Positions 26,989 through 35,592 of a stretch of 64,000 nucleotides of DNA are shown piece by piece. Position 1 is the stretch's first letter. The number at the start of each line of letters is the position of its first letter. The notes beneath the pieces were generated by a model that was not told where the DNA came from, did no database searches, and saw only the letters and a program-made list of their open reading frames with translations. The position numbers and the translations under genes were made by a program. Source of the stretch: Chitinophaga pinensis (GTDB lineage: Bacteria > Bacteroidota > Bacteroidia > UBA7662 > JAIXUI01); contig CALSBM010000002.1 of assembly GCA_943373175.1 (NCBI GenBank), positions 20,260 to 84,259 of the forward strand. Reading direction: 5' to 3'.

Positions 26989-28788
26989 ATGACTTCATTT
27001 TCAGACTTAGGACTTCGCCAAGAGCTATTAAGCGCCATCGAAGACCTCGGGTTTACACAACCCACCCCTATTCAGGAACAGGCTATCCCCATTCTTCTCC
27101 AAGCCACTACCGATTTTGTTGGTTTGGCACAAACAGGTACTGGTAAAACCGCTGCCTTCGGCCTTCCACTTTTACATCTTGTTGACACCCGCCGCCGTGA
27201 GGTTCAAGGGTTGATCCTCTCTCCTACCCGCGAACTTTGCCTTCAGATTTCTACCGATTTAGAGCGCTACTCGGCTCACATGCCTCAATTGCGTATTTGT
27301 GCTGTTTATGGTGGCGCAAACATTCAACCCCAAATCCGCACCCTGCGTGATGGTGTTCAGATTGTTGTTGCTACGCCTGGTCGCTTAATCGACCTCATCG
27401 ATCGCGGTGCTATTAAGCTCGACACTGTTTCCTTTACCGTTCTCGACGAGGCAGATGAAATGCTCAATATGGGCTTTCGCGACGACCTTGACTACATTCT
27501 CAGCAATACTACCGGAAAAAAATCTACTTGGTTGTTTTCCGCCACCATGCCGAATGAAGTTCGTCGCATTGCTGCTCAGTATATGACAGAACCGGCAGAG
27601 ATAACCGTTGGCAAGAAAAACCAATCTGCCGCCAATATCACGCACAACTACTTTGTTACTACTCAGGCGCATCGTTATGAGGTGTTGAAACGTATTGTTG
27701 ACAGTCATCCTGGCATGTACGGAATCATCTTTACTCGGACTAAAATGGACGCTCAGGAGATTACTGAGAAGCTCATCCGGGAAGGATACGATATTGATGC
27801 GTTACATGGTGACTTAAGTCAGCAGCAACGCGACAAAGTCATGTCCCGTTTTCGTGAAAAATCCCTTCAATTGCTCATTGCTACTGACGTTGCCGCGAGA
27901 GGTATTGATGTGGAAGGAATTACTCACGTAATCAATTACGCCTTACCAGACGATATCGAAGTTTACACGCACCGTTCAGGGCGTACAGCCCGAGCAGGCC
28001 GTTCCGGTATTTGTCTTTCTATTGTTCATCAAAAAGAACAGCATAGGATTCGCGATTTGGAAAGAATGCTAAAAGTTCCGTTCAACAAACTTCCTATTCC
28101 TAACGGCACAGAAGTCTGCGAAAACCAATTCATGCATTTCATTACCAAAATAGTGGAAACTCCTTTGGATCATGGAGAGTATGAGCGCTACCTGCCACAA
28201 GTAGAAGATGTGCTTCGGGAAATGAGCAAAGAAGAGTTACTTCAAAGAGTAGTTGCACTTGAATTTAGCCGTTTCCTTGCCTACTATAAAAACGCTCCTG
28301 ATCTTAACTTGCACGATAGCCGTGACCGCAAAAAACAAGATCAAGATCGTAGTAATAGCAGCGGCGATGAGTTTGTGCGTATTTTCTTCAATATTGGTTC
28401 TAAGGATGGCTTCTATAAGGCCAGTTTCCTTCAGTTTGCCCTTGACGCTTCAAACATCAGTAAAACTGAACTGGGAAGAATTGACCTTAGAGAAGTTTAT
28501 ACCCATGTTGAAATCAATCCTTCCCTTGCAGACCAAATGATTAATGCCATACATGGCTTAAAAGTTAATGGACGCAGGATTCGGGTAGAATATGCAGACC
28601 GCAATATGAACAAAAGCAAAGGCGGCGGTTCGGGCAGTCGGGAAGGGTTTAGTGAACGCCCCCCACGAACTGAAGGCGAGTCTAGCGGTGGCGGAGGTGG
28701 ATACTTCCAAAGCCGTGAACGCTCTGATTCCTCACGCTCAGATAAACCATCCTTTGGTGAACGAAAAAAGGGTAAGAAGTTCTACTAG
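26989..28788 (+). CDS. deaD: DEAD-box RNA helicase (DeaD/CsdA-like) with DbpA-type RNA-binding C-terminal domain
   Basis: Q motif, AQTGTGKT, PTREL, DEAD, SAT, ARGID, HRSGRTARAG and a C-terminal FFNIGSKDG domain. Confidence 0.88.
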   Translation: MTSFSDLGLRQELLSAIEDLGFTQPTPIQEQAIPILLQATTDFVGLAQTGTGKTAAFGLPLLHLVDTRRREVQGLILSPTRELCLQISTDLERYSAHMPQLRICAVYGGANIQPQIRTLRDGVQIVVATPGRLIDLIDRGAIKLDTVSFTVLDEADEMLNMGFRDDLDYILSNTTGKKSTWLFSATMPNEVRRIAAQYMTEPAEITVGKKNQSAANITHNYFVTTQAHRYEVLKRIVDSHPGMYGIIFTRTKMDAQEITEKLIREGYDIDALHGDLSQQQRDKVMSRFREKSLQLLIATDVAARGIDVEGITHVINYALPDDIEVYTHRSGRTARAGRSGICLSIVHQKEQHRIRDLERMLKVPFNKLPIPNGTEVCENQFMHFITKIVETPLDHGEYERYLPQVEDVLREMSKEELLQRVVALEFSRFLAYYKNAPDLNLHDSRDRKKQDQDRSNSSGDEFVRIFFNIGSKDGFYKASFLQFALDASNISKTELGRIDLREVYTHVEINPSLADQMINAIHGLKVNGRRIRVEYADRNMNKSKGGGSGSREGFSERPPRTEGESSGGGGGYFQSRERSDSSRSDKPSFGERKKGKKFY

Positions 28789-28797
28789 AATAATTGG

Positions 28798-28824
28798 AAA
28801 GCCGGGTTAGCCCGGCTTTTTTTT
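28798..28824 (+). terminator. Intrinsic terminator after the helicase
   Basis: AAAGCCGGG-TTAG-CCCGGCTTT followed by a T run. Confidence 0.88.
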
Positions 28825-29455
28825 CTCACGTAAATTGTCCTATTTAACCTAATATCAGAATTTCCTAATCACACAAAAGGCAACTTTAAACACTCCCGGA
28901 TATTGCTATTTTATCATTGTGAATATCGCTTTATCCATTTAACTTATTGATTTTTAGCTGGTTGTTTACTTTCTAAAACTTACAATAAAGTCTTTTCGTA
29001 AAAGAATATTCACTATCGTAAAAAGCTATTCAATGGCAACGTTCCTAGCTTTTTTACATGGTACTTTTCCCCCGGAATTGTGCTGATTCATACATTTATT
29101 AGACCTGATCTGCGTTGGAAACCACCCAAACAGTTGTCTTGAAATTTGCGTCAATCTACCGGAAACCTTGTCAATCGAAAGGGCCTTTACTATTGTGGAT
29201 ATTCATTATTATAATCCATTAGGAGTCATTTTTTTGACTGAATAAAGACGCTACAATAATTCGTGCAAACGTGCTTGACGGAGAAACAGCTATATAATCA
29301 GCAACCAGAATTTAATCGGAATTAGAATTTGAAGCGTTGATAACCAATTAGTTTAGAGAAAAAGATTATTGCCCTCCAATTTTCACAGGCAAACAGATGC
29401 TATTTTTATGATCATTCAAGCTAATTGCTTATTCTGCTAAACTAATTCTACAGCC

Positions 29456-29887
29456 TTGAGTAGCATTCAAAAAGTTAATTACAAGAGTCCGGATGAACTT
29501 TTAAATCATCTTCCCGAAGAACAGGTTCTTATGATGGAATGGCTCATGCAATACATTTCGGAGGTACTTCCTGAGTGTACGATAAAAATGAACTTCAACG
29601 CGCCGTTTTATCGTAGGAAGAAAAATCTTGTTTACCTCTGGCCTTCTGCTCTTCCATGGGGAGGAATCACTACTGGGGTTGCTGTTGGTTTTATTCACGG
29701 TCATTTACTCAGTAACGATCAGGGCTGGCTTTCAATGGGTAATCGTAAGCAGATTGGAATCCGGGTATTTAACAGTGTTCAGGAGTTACAACAACAAGCT
29801 GAAATGTTGAACATGTACTTACTTGAGTCGGCAATGATAGAAGATGAGCTATCAGCACGCACAAAAAAAGCCGGAAGAACACCATAG
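29456..29887 (+). CDS. DUF1801/YdhG-like protein
   Basis: Size and pattern (LPEC...FNAPFY...LVYLWPS...GFIHGHLL...R.FNS) resemble DUF1801. TTG start. Confidence 0.65.
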   Translation: MSSIQKVNYKSPDELLNHLPEEQVLMMEWLMQYISEVLPECTIKMNFNAPFYRRKKNLVYLWPSALPWGGITTGVAVGFIHGHLLSNDQGWLSMGNRKQIGIRVFNSVQELQQQAEMLNMYLLESAMIEDELSARTKKAGRTP

Positions 29888-29900
29888 GCTCTTCCGGCTT
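29863..29900 (-). terminator. Terminator for the minus-strand polysaccharide module, overlapping the 3' end of the DUF1801 gene
   Basis: AAGCCGGAAGA...TCTTCCGGCTT, with an A7 tract on the left that reads as a U tract on the minus strand. Confidence 0.75.
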
Positions 29901-29921
29901 AGTTAAGAATCAATTGCTGAA

Positions 29922-32141
29922 TTAGCTCAGCGTATAACTTTTTTCATTGAAGCTAAGGGTCAAAATCTTCTTGATAATTCTCCTTAACCTGCTTCTCTTC
30001 TTAGGCACTTCACCGAATACCGATTCTAGCTTATAAGGCGCAACAACATTGAGGAACAAAGAAATGTTGTTGTTGGTTGCTTTGCGGAATAAGTTCAGGG
30101 AATGATTATCAGAATCTGTCCAAACCTTATTGGCCGCAGCAATTAATACAGAATGGGTTGCTTGGCGAACAATCTGTACAGGAATTGGGTTATCAATCAA
30201 AGCCGGAAGCTCTAAGATGATTAGTTTAGGATTAATTAATCCAGGGTGGTCATCTGGTAGGAAATCGCTTAAGGAGGCGTAATCAACAAAGTTGGTGTGA
30301 ATGACATAACTGATGTCGTTATTGGAAACACGCTCTATATCGCGGTAATTCTTGTAGTTATTGACAGTTATCGGGTGAATGAAATAAACTCCATCCATGA
30401 TATCGGAGAATTTGTTGAAGAGTTTACTTCCAACCCAAGTTTTACCTACTTCAGTCTTAGTAGAGAAAAGCAGCAAAAGATTGTAAGGCTGAGGATTATC
30501 AACTTTTCCAAATTCGATTTTTATACTAGAAAGCGAGTGCTCAATGAGTGCAGCCTCCAAGTAGTCTAAGTCAATTAACTTCTCTGAGGGATCTATCAAA
30601 GGCAAAGCGCCCAACATATTGAGGCCGGTAGCCTGCTCTGCACGAGTGATTGATTTGAGTGTATTGTCTAAGAACTCGACCGTTACAAAGAATCCAAGAG
30701 CCAATACAAATCCGCCTATAAACGATACAACAATCAAAAGCGGACGTTTAGAAGGCTCAGGTTTCTGTGGGAAGAATGGCGCATCCACCATTTTAAGATT
30801 CGAAGACAACTCGATGTTTTGTTGACGCAATTGCGCCATGTTTAATCCATGGAGCAACTGAAGGTATTCCTTCTCAATGATATCAACGTTTCTATTGAGG
30901 CGATTTAAGGTTGAACCAAGAGGAGCAAATTGGTTGTAAATGCCGTCAAACTCGATTTTCCTTTTCTCAATAACCCGCATTTTGGCTTTGCTTTCATCCA
31001 GATTGAGGATGTTGTCGAGCCATTGGTTGAGTAAGTTTTGACGTGGCACCGATTCAATGGTGTTGTTTAACCTAAAATACTCATCAACCAACCTTCTGAT
31101 TTCTTCTTTTAACTGCTCAGTTTTCGATACCAGTTTAGCAATTTCCTGAGGGTTTTCATTGGCAATACGCGCATTAGCAAGAAGAAAATTGGCACTCGAA
31201 AGCTCGGAGCGTTTTTCCATAAGCTTTTGTGTGTTCATGAGTACCATACTACGTGAGCCTATTTTTTCTTCGAGGCGTTTAAGGGCAGCCTCAGCAGACT
31301 CAATCTCCATTTTCTCACGGTAGATTTCCTTTTCAAGTTCTTCCTTTGCTTCGGCTATATACTTAGTTTGCTCGTCGTAGTTGATGATTTTATTTTTAAT
31401 TCCAAAATCCCTCAACTCATCCTCGGCACCTTTCAGTTTTCCGAATGTTTTGGAAGTCTGGTCTGCGAAATAACCTACAACACTTTCTGTTTCTGAGCCT
31501 TTATTCCTTTTATACCTGGACATAAAGACATTAGCCAGTGTTACCAACGTTTGCTGAGTTACACCGGGGTCATTTCCTTTGAAGCTTAAGTCCAACATAT
31601 CGGAGCTTTGCTTACGTGCAACAGTCATGTTTCTGGTAATAGATGCAATTCCGTACGTGGGGTTGTCGGAATTGAGGAGCGAAATGATTTCGTTCTTGTA
31701 ATGGGCATTTTTATACCTGACAATATTGCCAACGGTATTTTCGAGTGAGTATTTATCTACGAGTTTATCTCTTAAACGGGCAGGGATAATCTCTTGCAAC
31801 TCTCTGAAACCACCTGAAGAAAGTAATTCTGCTTTAGGTTGGTTCAGCATTAAATGTTGAGCTAACAACCTCAGTGCTACTTCTTCGATGGTTTCCCTTG
31901 CCTTAACGGTTGCAATCAAGTTATCGAAGGCGTTATTTACCGCAAAGTAGTCCACCCGGGTCTCTTCGGTACTCATAATTGAAACACCAGAAGCAAGTCC
32001 TGTGTACATCAGGCAGTTTGACACATATTCCTTTTTCTCATTACGAGTGAAAAAGAATACGACCAGAGCCAGCGTGAGTGGAAAGAGCACCAGCCATCTA
32101 AGGTTTTTGATGATAATCCGAATAAAATCGACCAAGCTCAT
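29922..32141 (-). CDS. GumC/Wzc-like polysaccharide co-polymerase with degenerate P-loop C-terminal domain
   Basis: N-terminal TM, long coiled-coil periplasmic region, second TM (PLLIVVSFIGGFVLALGFF), then STKTEVGKT Walker-A-like motif. Confidence 0.8.
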   Translation of the reverse strand: MSLVDFIRIIIKNLRWLVLFPLTLALVVFFFTRNEKKEYVSNCLMYTGLASGVSIMSTEETRVDYFAVNNAFDNLIATVKARETIEEVALRLLAQHLMLNQPKAELLSSGGFRELQEIIPARLRDKLVDKYSLENTVGNIVRYKNAHYKNEIISLLNSDNPTYGIASITRNMTVARKQSSDMLDLSFKGNDPGVTQQTLVTLANVFMSRYKRNKGSETESVVGYFADQTSKTFGKLKGAEDELRDFGIKNKIINYDEQTKYIAEAKEELEKEIYREKMEIESAEAALKRLEEKIGSRSMVLMNTQKLMEKRSELSSANFLLANARIANENPQEIAKLVSKTEQLKEEIRRLVDEYFRLNNTIESVPRQNLLNQWLDNILNLDESKAKMRVIEKRKIEFDGIYNQFAPLGSTLNRLNRNVDIIEKEYLQLLHGLNMAQLRQQNIELSSNLKMVDAPFFPQKPEPSKRPLLIVVSFIGGFVLALGFFVTVEFLDNTLKSITRAEQATGLNMLGALPLIDPSEKLIDLDYLEAALIEHSLSSIKIEFGKVDNPQPYNLLLLFSTKTEVGKTWVGSKLFNKFSDIMDGVYFIHPITVNNYKNYRDIERVSNNDISYVIHTNFVDYASLSDFLPDDHPGLINPKLIILELPALIDNPIPVQIVRQATHSVLIAAANKVWTDSDNHSLNLFRKATNNNISLFLNVVAPYKLESVFGEVPKKRSRLRRIIKKILTLSFNEKSYTLS

Positions 32142-32153
32142 GGTTACAAATGT

Positions 32154-32924
32154 TTATTTTCTAAGCTTTGAAATGGATACTCCAACAGTAGTTTCCAACT
32201 GATTGAAGGCAATAGTGAAGGAGCGTTTGGCCATTTCAAAGTTATTTTCATTGATGGTTACCGTTTGCATGATTTGAGTATAAGATGCCAAGTCTAAGAC
32301 TCCATCACGAAAAGATTTTTCAGCGAGCACCAAATTGATTTTAGAAGACTGAGTTGCATCGTTATGAATCCTCATCAACCGATAAAAGGCGAGTACATCG
32401 TTGTACTCCATAATTATCTGACGACGCAACACTAACTCTGCTTCTTCTTTCTTGTATTTGGAAGCCTTCAAATCCATTTTGGTAGCATTAACTTTTGCTT
32501 GACGGCCAAAGATTTCATACAAAGGTAATCTGAGGTTTAATCCAAATGCGACTCCATTACTTAAAGTCGACGACTGCGCCTGTCCAAGCCCTGAATTAGA
32601 CTGTAGTATCAAATCCTGATTACCTGCTGTCACATTCACAAACGGAATCATCCCATTCATCCATGAATAGCGATCAACATTAATCTGTTGTTCGGTTTTG
32701 GATATCACGGCATCGTTAAACTTCAAGGTAGGGCTATTCTTTAGCGCAATTTTTACGATGGAATCAAGAGGCAGTAATTGTTCTGAAAGATCCTGTTGTA
32801 TGTCACCAAAAAGGGCAAGCTCATTTTCTAATAGTAACGAATCTTTTACTTGCGCCTTTAACTGAGGAGATAAAGCCCAAAAAATCAGAATTAGGCAGCT
32901 ATAGTTAGGCCACTTCAGTTTCAT
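32154..32924 (-). CDS. TolC/outer-membrane efflux family protein with a single OEP repeat (256 aa)
   Basis: Signal peptide, LDSIVKIALKNSP, two beta-strands (FVNVTAG, GLNLRLPLY) and long amphipathic helices ending QLETTVG. Confidence 0.75.
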   Translation of the reverse strand: MKLKWPNYSCLILIFWALSPQLKAQVKDSLLLENELALFGDIQQDLSEQLLPLDSIVKIALKNSPTLKFNDAVISKTEQQINVDRYSWMNGMIPFVNVTAGNQDLILQSNSGLGQAQSSTLSNGVAFGLNLRLPLYEIFGRQAKVNATKMDLKASKYKKEEAELVLRRQIIMEYNDVLAFYRLMRIHNDATQSSKINLVLAEKSFRDGVLDLASYTQIMQTVTINENNFEMAKRSFTIAFNQLETTVGVSISKLRK

Positions 32925-32925
32925 A

Positions 32926-34119
32926 CTATACGTTCTCTTTTTGAAGAAGTGCTGGAATCGTTCTGAGAATCAGATTGATATCATGCCAAAAGCTGTAATT
33001 TTTTGCATAATCATTATCCAGACTCATGCGCTCCTCCTCTGACATTTCTCCTTTTCCTCTTTTCATAACCTGCCAAAGGCCAGTAATTCCAGCCGGAGCG
33101 AGAAACCTGAGCGAGAATTGGTCAGTTGTAATTTTTTCAGCTTCGTACAAGGGCAATGGGCGATTTCCTACTAATGACATATCGCCTTTCAATACATTGA
33201 AAAGTTGAGGAAGTTCATCAATACTGGTGTTCCGGATGAACTTCCCTACTTTAGTGATGCGTGGATCATCCTTGATTTTCACGAAAGCTGACCCTGCCTT
33301 AGCCTTTTTGATTCTAGCGTATTCTTCCTCCGTAACCATCTGACCATCCATATAGAGCAAGTCTGGATTGAGCAGATCTAATTCACCCGAAAGAGACATT
33401 GTTCCTTGGCTGGCAGACTCTGTTTCTGCAACCACATTGTTATACTGGTTTAAATGCGCAAGCTCTTTCAGTTTGGCATCAGCGCCAGTGAACATAGACC
33501 TAAACTTGTAGAATTTGAAAATCTGATACCCAGTACCTACTCTTAATGAATAGTAAAACACAGGCCCTTTCGATTCAAATCGTATGGCGATAGCAACAAT
33601 TAGAAATAAAGGAAGAAGAAAAACCAAAGCAACGCTGCAAACCAATACATCGAAAATGCGTTTGGATAGCGGCATTTTATACTTTAGTTGATCCGTGTGT
33701 TTAATATCAATATGGGCATTCAATGCCGGAGGGTTTTCTATCAAGTAATTAAACCTGAGTTTTAACCCATCTGTATCATGAAGGCTTTCATAAATATCAT
33801 TGAGTCCCTCTTTGAGTGCAATAGAGGCAACCCTTGGATTGACTTCATCTAATAACAATACAAAAGGCAGTTTCCAAAGATGTTCATTGCGCAAAGTTCT
33901 AAGCAAAGGCAATCCATTAACATCGTAAAGGTTGCATTTGGAAACAACCAAGTCTATGGATTGATCATGTTTGACAGCGTCAACAAAGTCGAAACCGCTT
34001 TTGAACGTAATAACATGGTAATCATTACCGAATTTATCGGTGAAATTGTGGTTGATTTCCGGATCCTGGCAAATAAGTCCTATGGTTTTCATGCTTTCAT
34101 CTGAGGTGTTGGAAGACAT
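32926..34119 (-). CDS. Sugar transferase (monotopic phosphoglycosyltransferase, WcaJ/PglC-like) with N-terminal receiver-like domain
   Basis: KRIFD...GPVFY...KFRSM...DDPRITKVGKFIRNTSIDELPQLFNVLKGDMSLVGNRP. The first ~130 aa follow a REC pattern. Confidence 0.9.
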   Translation of the reverse strand: MSSNTSDESMKTIGLICQDPEINHNFTDKFGNDYHVITFKSGFDFVDAVKHDQSIDLVVSKCNLYDVNGLPLLRTLRNEHLWKLPFVLLLDEVNPRVASIALKEGLNDIYESLHDTDGLKLRFNYLIENPPALNAHIDIKHTDQLKYKMPLSKRIFDVLVCSVALVFLLPLFLIVAIAIRFESKGPVFYYSLRVGTGYQIFKFYKFRSMFTGADAKLKELAHLNQYNNVVAETESASQGTMSLSGELDLLNPDLLYMDGQMVTEEEYARIKKAKAGSAFVKIKDDPRITKVGKFIRNTSIDELPQLFNVLKGDMSLVGNRPLPLYEAEKITTDQFSLRFLAPAGITGLWQVMKRGKGEMSEEERMSLDNDYAKNYSFWHDINLILRTIPALLQKENV

Positions 34120-34121
34120 GA

Positions 34122-34499
34122 TTAGAGCCTGAGGCGGCGGAAAATGTTATCAATTCTAGCATCTAACTCTTCCGGATTGAAGGGCTTGACCAAGTAGTCA
34201 TCGGCTCCTGCTCTCAAGCATTTAATTTTGTCGGCAGTAGAATCATTTCCTGATAAAGTAATCAAGGGCAATTCCTTAAAAAGACCACTGGTTCGAACAT
34301 GTCGGATAAACTCGATACCGTTGATTTCAGGCATATTAATATCTGCAACAATGATATCCGGGATGTTTCCAGCTTGCAACCAACCCAATGCTTCCTTTCC
34401 GTTAGCTTTAGATACTACTTGGTATCTGCTGCCAAAATAAAGTTCAAGTAATTTAAGAATGGTCTTTTCGTCATCAACCGCGAGAAGCACTTTTTTCAT
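34122..34499 (-). CDS. Single-domain response regulator (receiver only)
   Basis: VDDE, DIIVADINMPEING, LSG and GADDYLVKPF show intact canonical residues. Confidence 0.93.
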   Translation of the reverse strand: MKKVLLAVDDEKTILKLLELYFGSRYQVVSKANGKEALGWLQAGNIPDIIVADINMPEINGIEFIRHVRTSGLFKELPLITLSGNDSTADKIKCLRAGADDYLVKPFNPEELDARIDNIFRRLRL

Positions 34500-34540
34500 A
34501 GAACCAGATTAGGTGGGAGTGGGGAAAAAATTTAAAAACG

Positions 34541-35524
34541 CTATTTAGAGACGTACATAACTTCTTTAACTGCCTTCACAATCTTCTCTACACTTGGCAG
34601 ATAAGCTTGCACTAAAGGCAGTGAATAAGGCATAGGAACATCTGTTCCATTAACCCTAAGTACAGGAGCGTCGAGGTAATCAAAAGCATCTTTCTGAACA
34701 CGGAAAGCTATCTCAGATGAAATGCTGGCAAAAGGCCAAGATTCGTCGATAACTACAATTCTGTTTGTCTTTTTAACTGATTCAATGATGGTTCGAGTGT
34801 CGAGAGGGCGGATTGTACGCAAGTCTATAACTTCAGCAGAAATGCCCTCTTTTTCCAATGCTTCAGCAGCAGCAAGGGTCACTTTCATCATTTTATTGTA
34901 AGAAACCAACGTTACATTGTTGCCTTGGCGTACAACATCTGCAAGCCCAATGGGGATGATGTACTCTCCATCAGGAACTAAGCCTTTGTCGCCATACATC
35001 TGTTCAGATTCCATGAAAATAACCGGATCATCGTCGCGAATGGCTGCTTTCAATAATCCCTTAGCGTCTGCAGGGTTAGAAGGTGAAACGACTTTCAAGC
35101 CGGGGCAGTTGGCGTACCAGCTTTCAAAAACCTGACTGTGTTGTGCCGCTAAAGTTCCTGCTGAGCCTGATGGTCCACGAAACACCATGGGTATGTTGAT
35201 TTGCCCACCAGACATGGACAACATTTTCGCTGCGGAGTTAATAACTTGGTCAATAGCGACCAATGAAAAATTAAACGTCATAAACTCAATTATCGGGCGA
35301 AGGCCGTTCATCGCTGCACCAACTCCAATTCCCGCAAAACCGAGTTCAGCAATAGGCGTATCGATAACACGGCGGGAGCCAAATTCTTCGAGCATTCCTT
35401 GGCTTACTTTGTAAGCACCATTATACTCTGCAACTTCTTCGCCCATCAAAAAGACGCGCTCATCACGACGCATTTCTTCAATAAGGGCTTCCCGCAATGC
35501 TTCACGAAACTGAATTTCTCTCAT
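34541..35524 (-). CDS. pdhB: Pyruvate dehydrogenase E1 beta subunit
   Basis: [13 protein letters not shown]...[16 protein letters not shown]...AAQHSQ...DLRTIRPLD. Confidence 0.95.
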   Translation of the reverse strand: MREIQFREALREALIEEMRRDERVFLMGEEVAEYNGAYKVSQGMLEEFGSRRVIDTPIAELGFAGIGVGAAMNGLRPIIEFMTFNFSLVAIDQVINSAAKMLSMSGGQINIPMVFRGPSGSAGTLAAQHSQVFESWYANCPGLKVVSPSNPADAKGLLKAAIRDDDPVIFMESEQMYGDKGLVPDGEYIIPIGLADVVRQGNNVTLVSYNKMMKVTLAAAEALEKEGISAEVIDLRTIRPLDTRTIIESVKKTNRIVVIDESWPFASISSEIAFRVQKDAFDYLDAPVLRVNGTDVPMPYSLPLVQAYLPSVEKIVKAVKEVMYVSK

Positions 35525-35592
35525 CTATCGGATATTAATTCACAATTATAAAGATTTCGCACGTCCTTTTTTGCCCGAACTGGGCAATTTCG

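Noticed and set aside
29103-29120. TPP-riboswitch-like ACCTGATCT-GCGTTGGAA
   Set aside because: The P5 hairpin and the GGGG/CCC P2 pairing are missing, and there is no thiamine gene nearby.
29275-29298. E. coli-type promoter TTGACG...TATAAT
   Set aside because: The spacer is 12 bp rather than about 17, and Bacteroidota use a different consensus.
35571-35587. Hairpin TTGCCC-GAACT-GGGCAA as the SDR gene terminator
   Set aside because: The minus strand has an A run rather than a U run after the stem, so the polarity is wrong.
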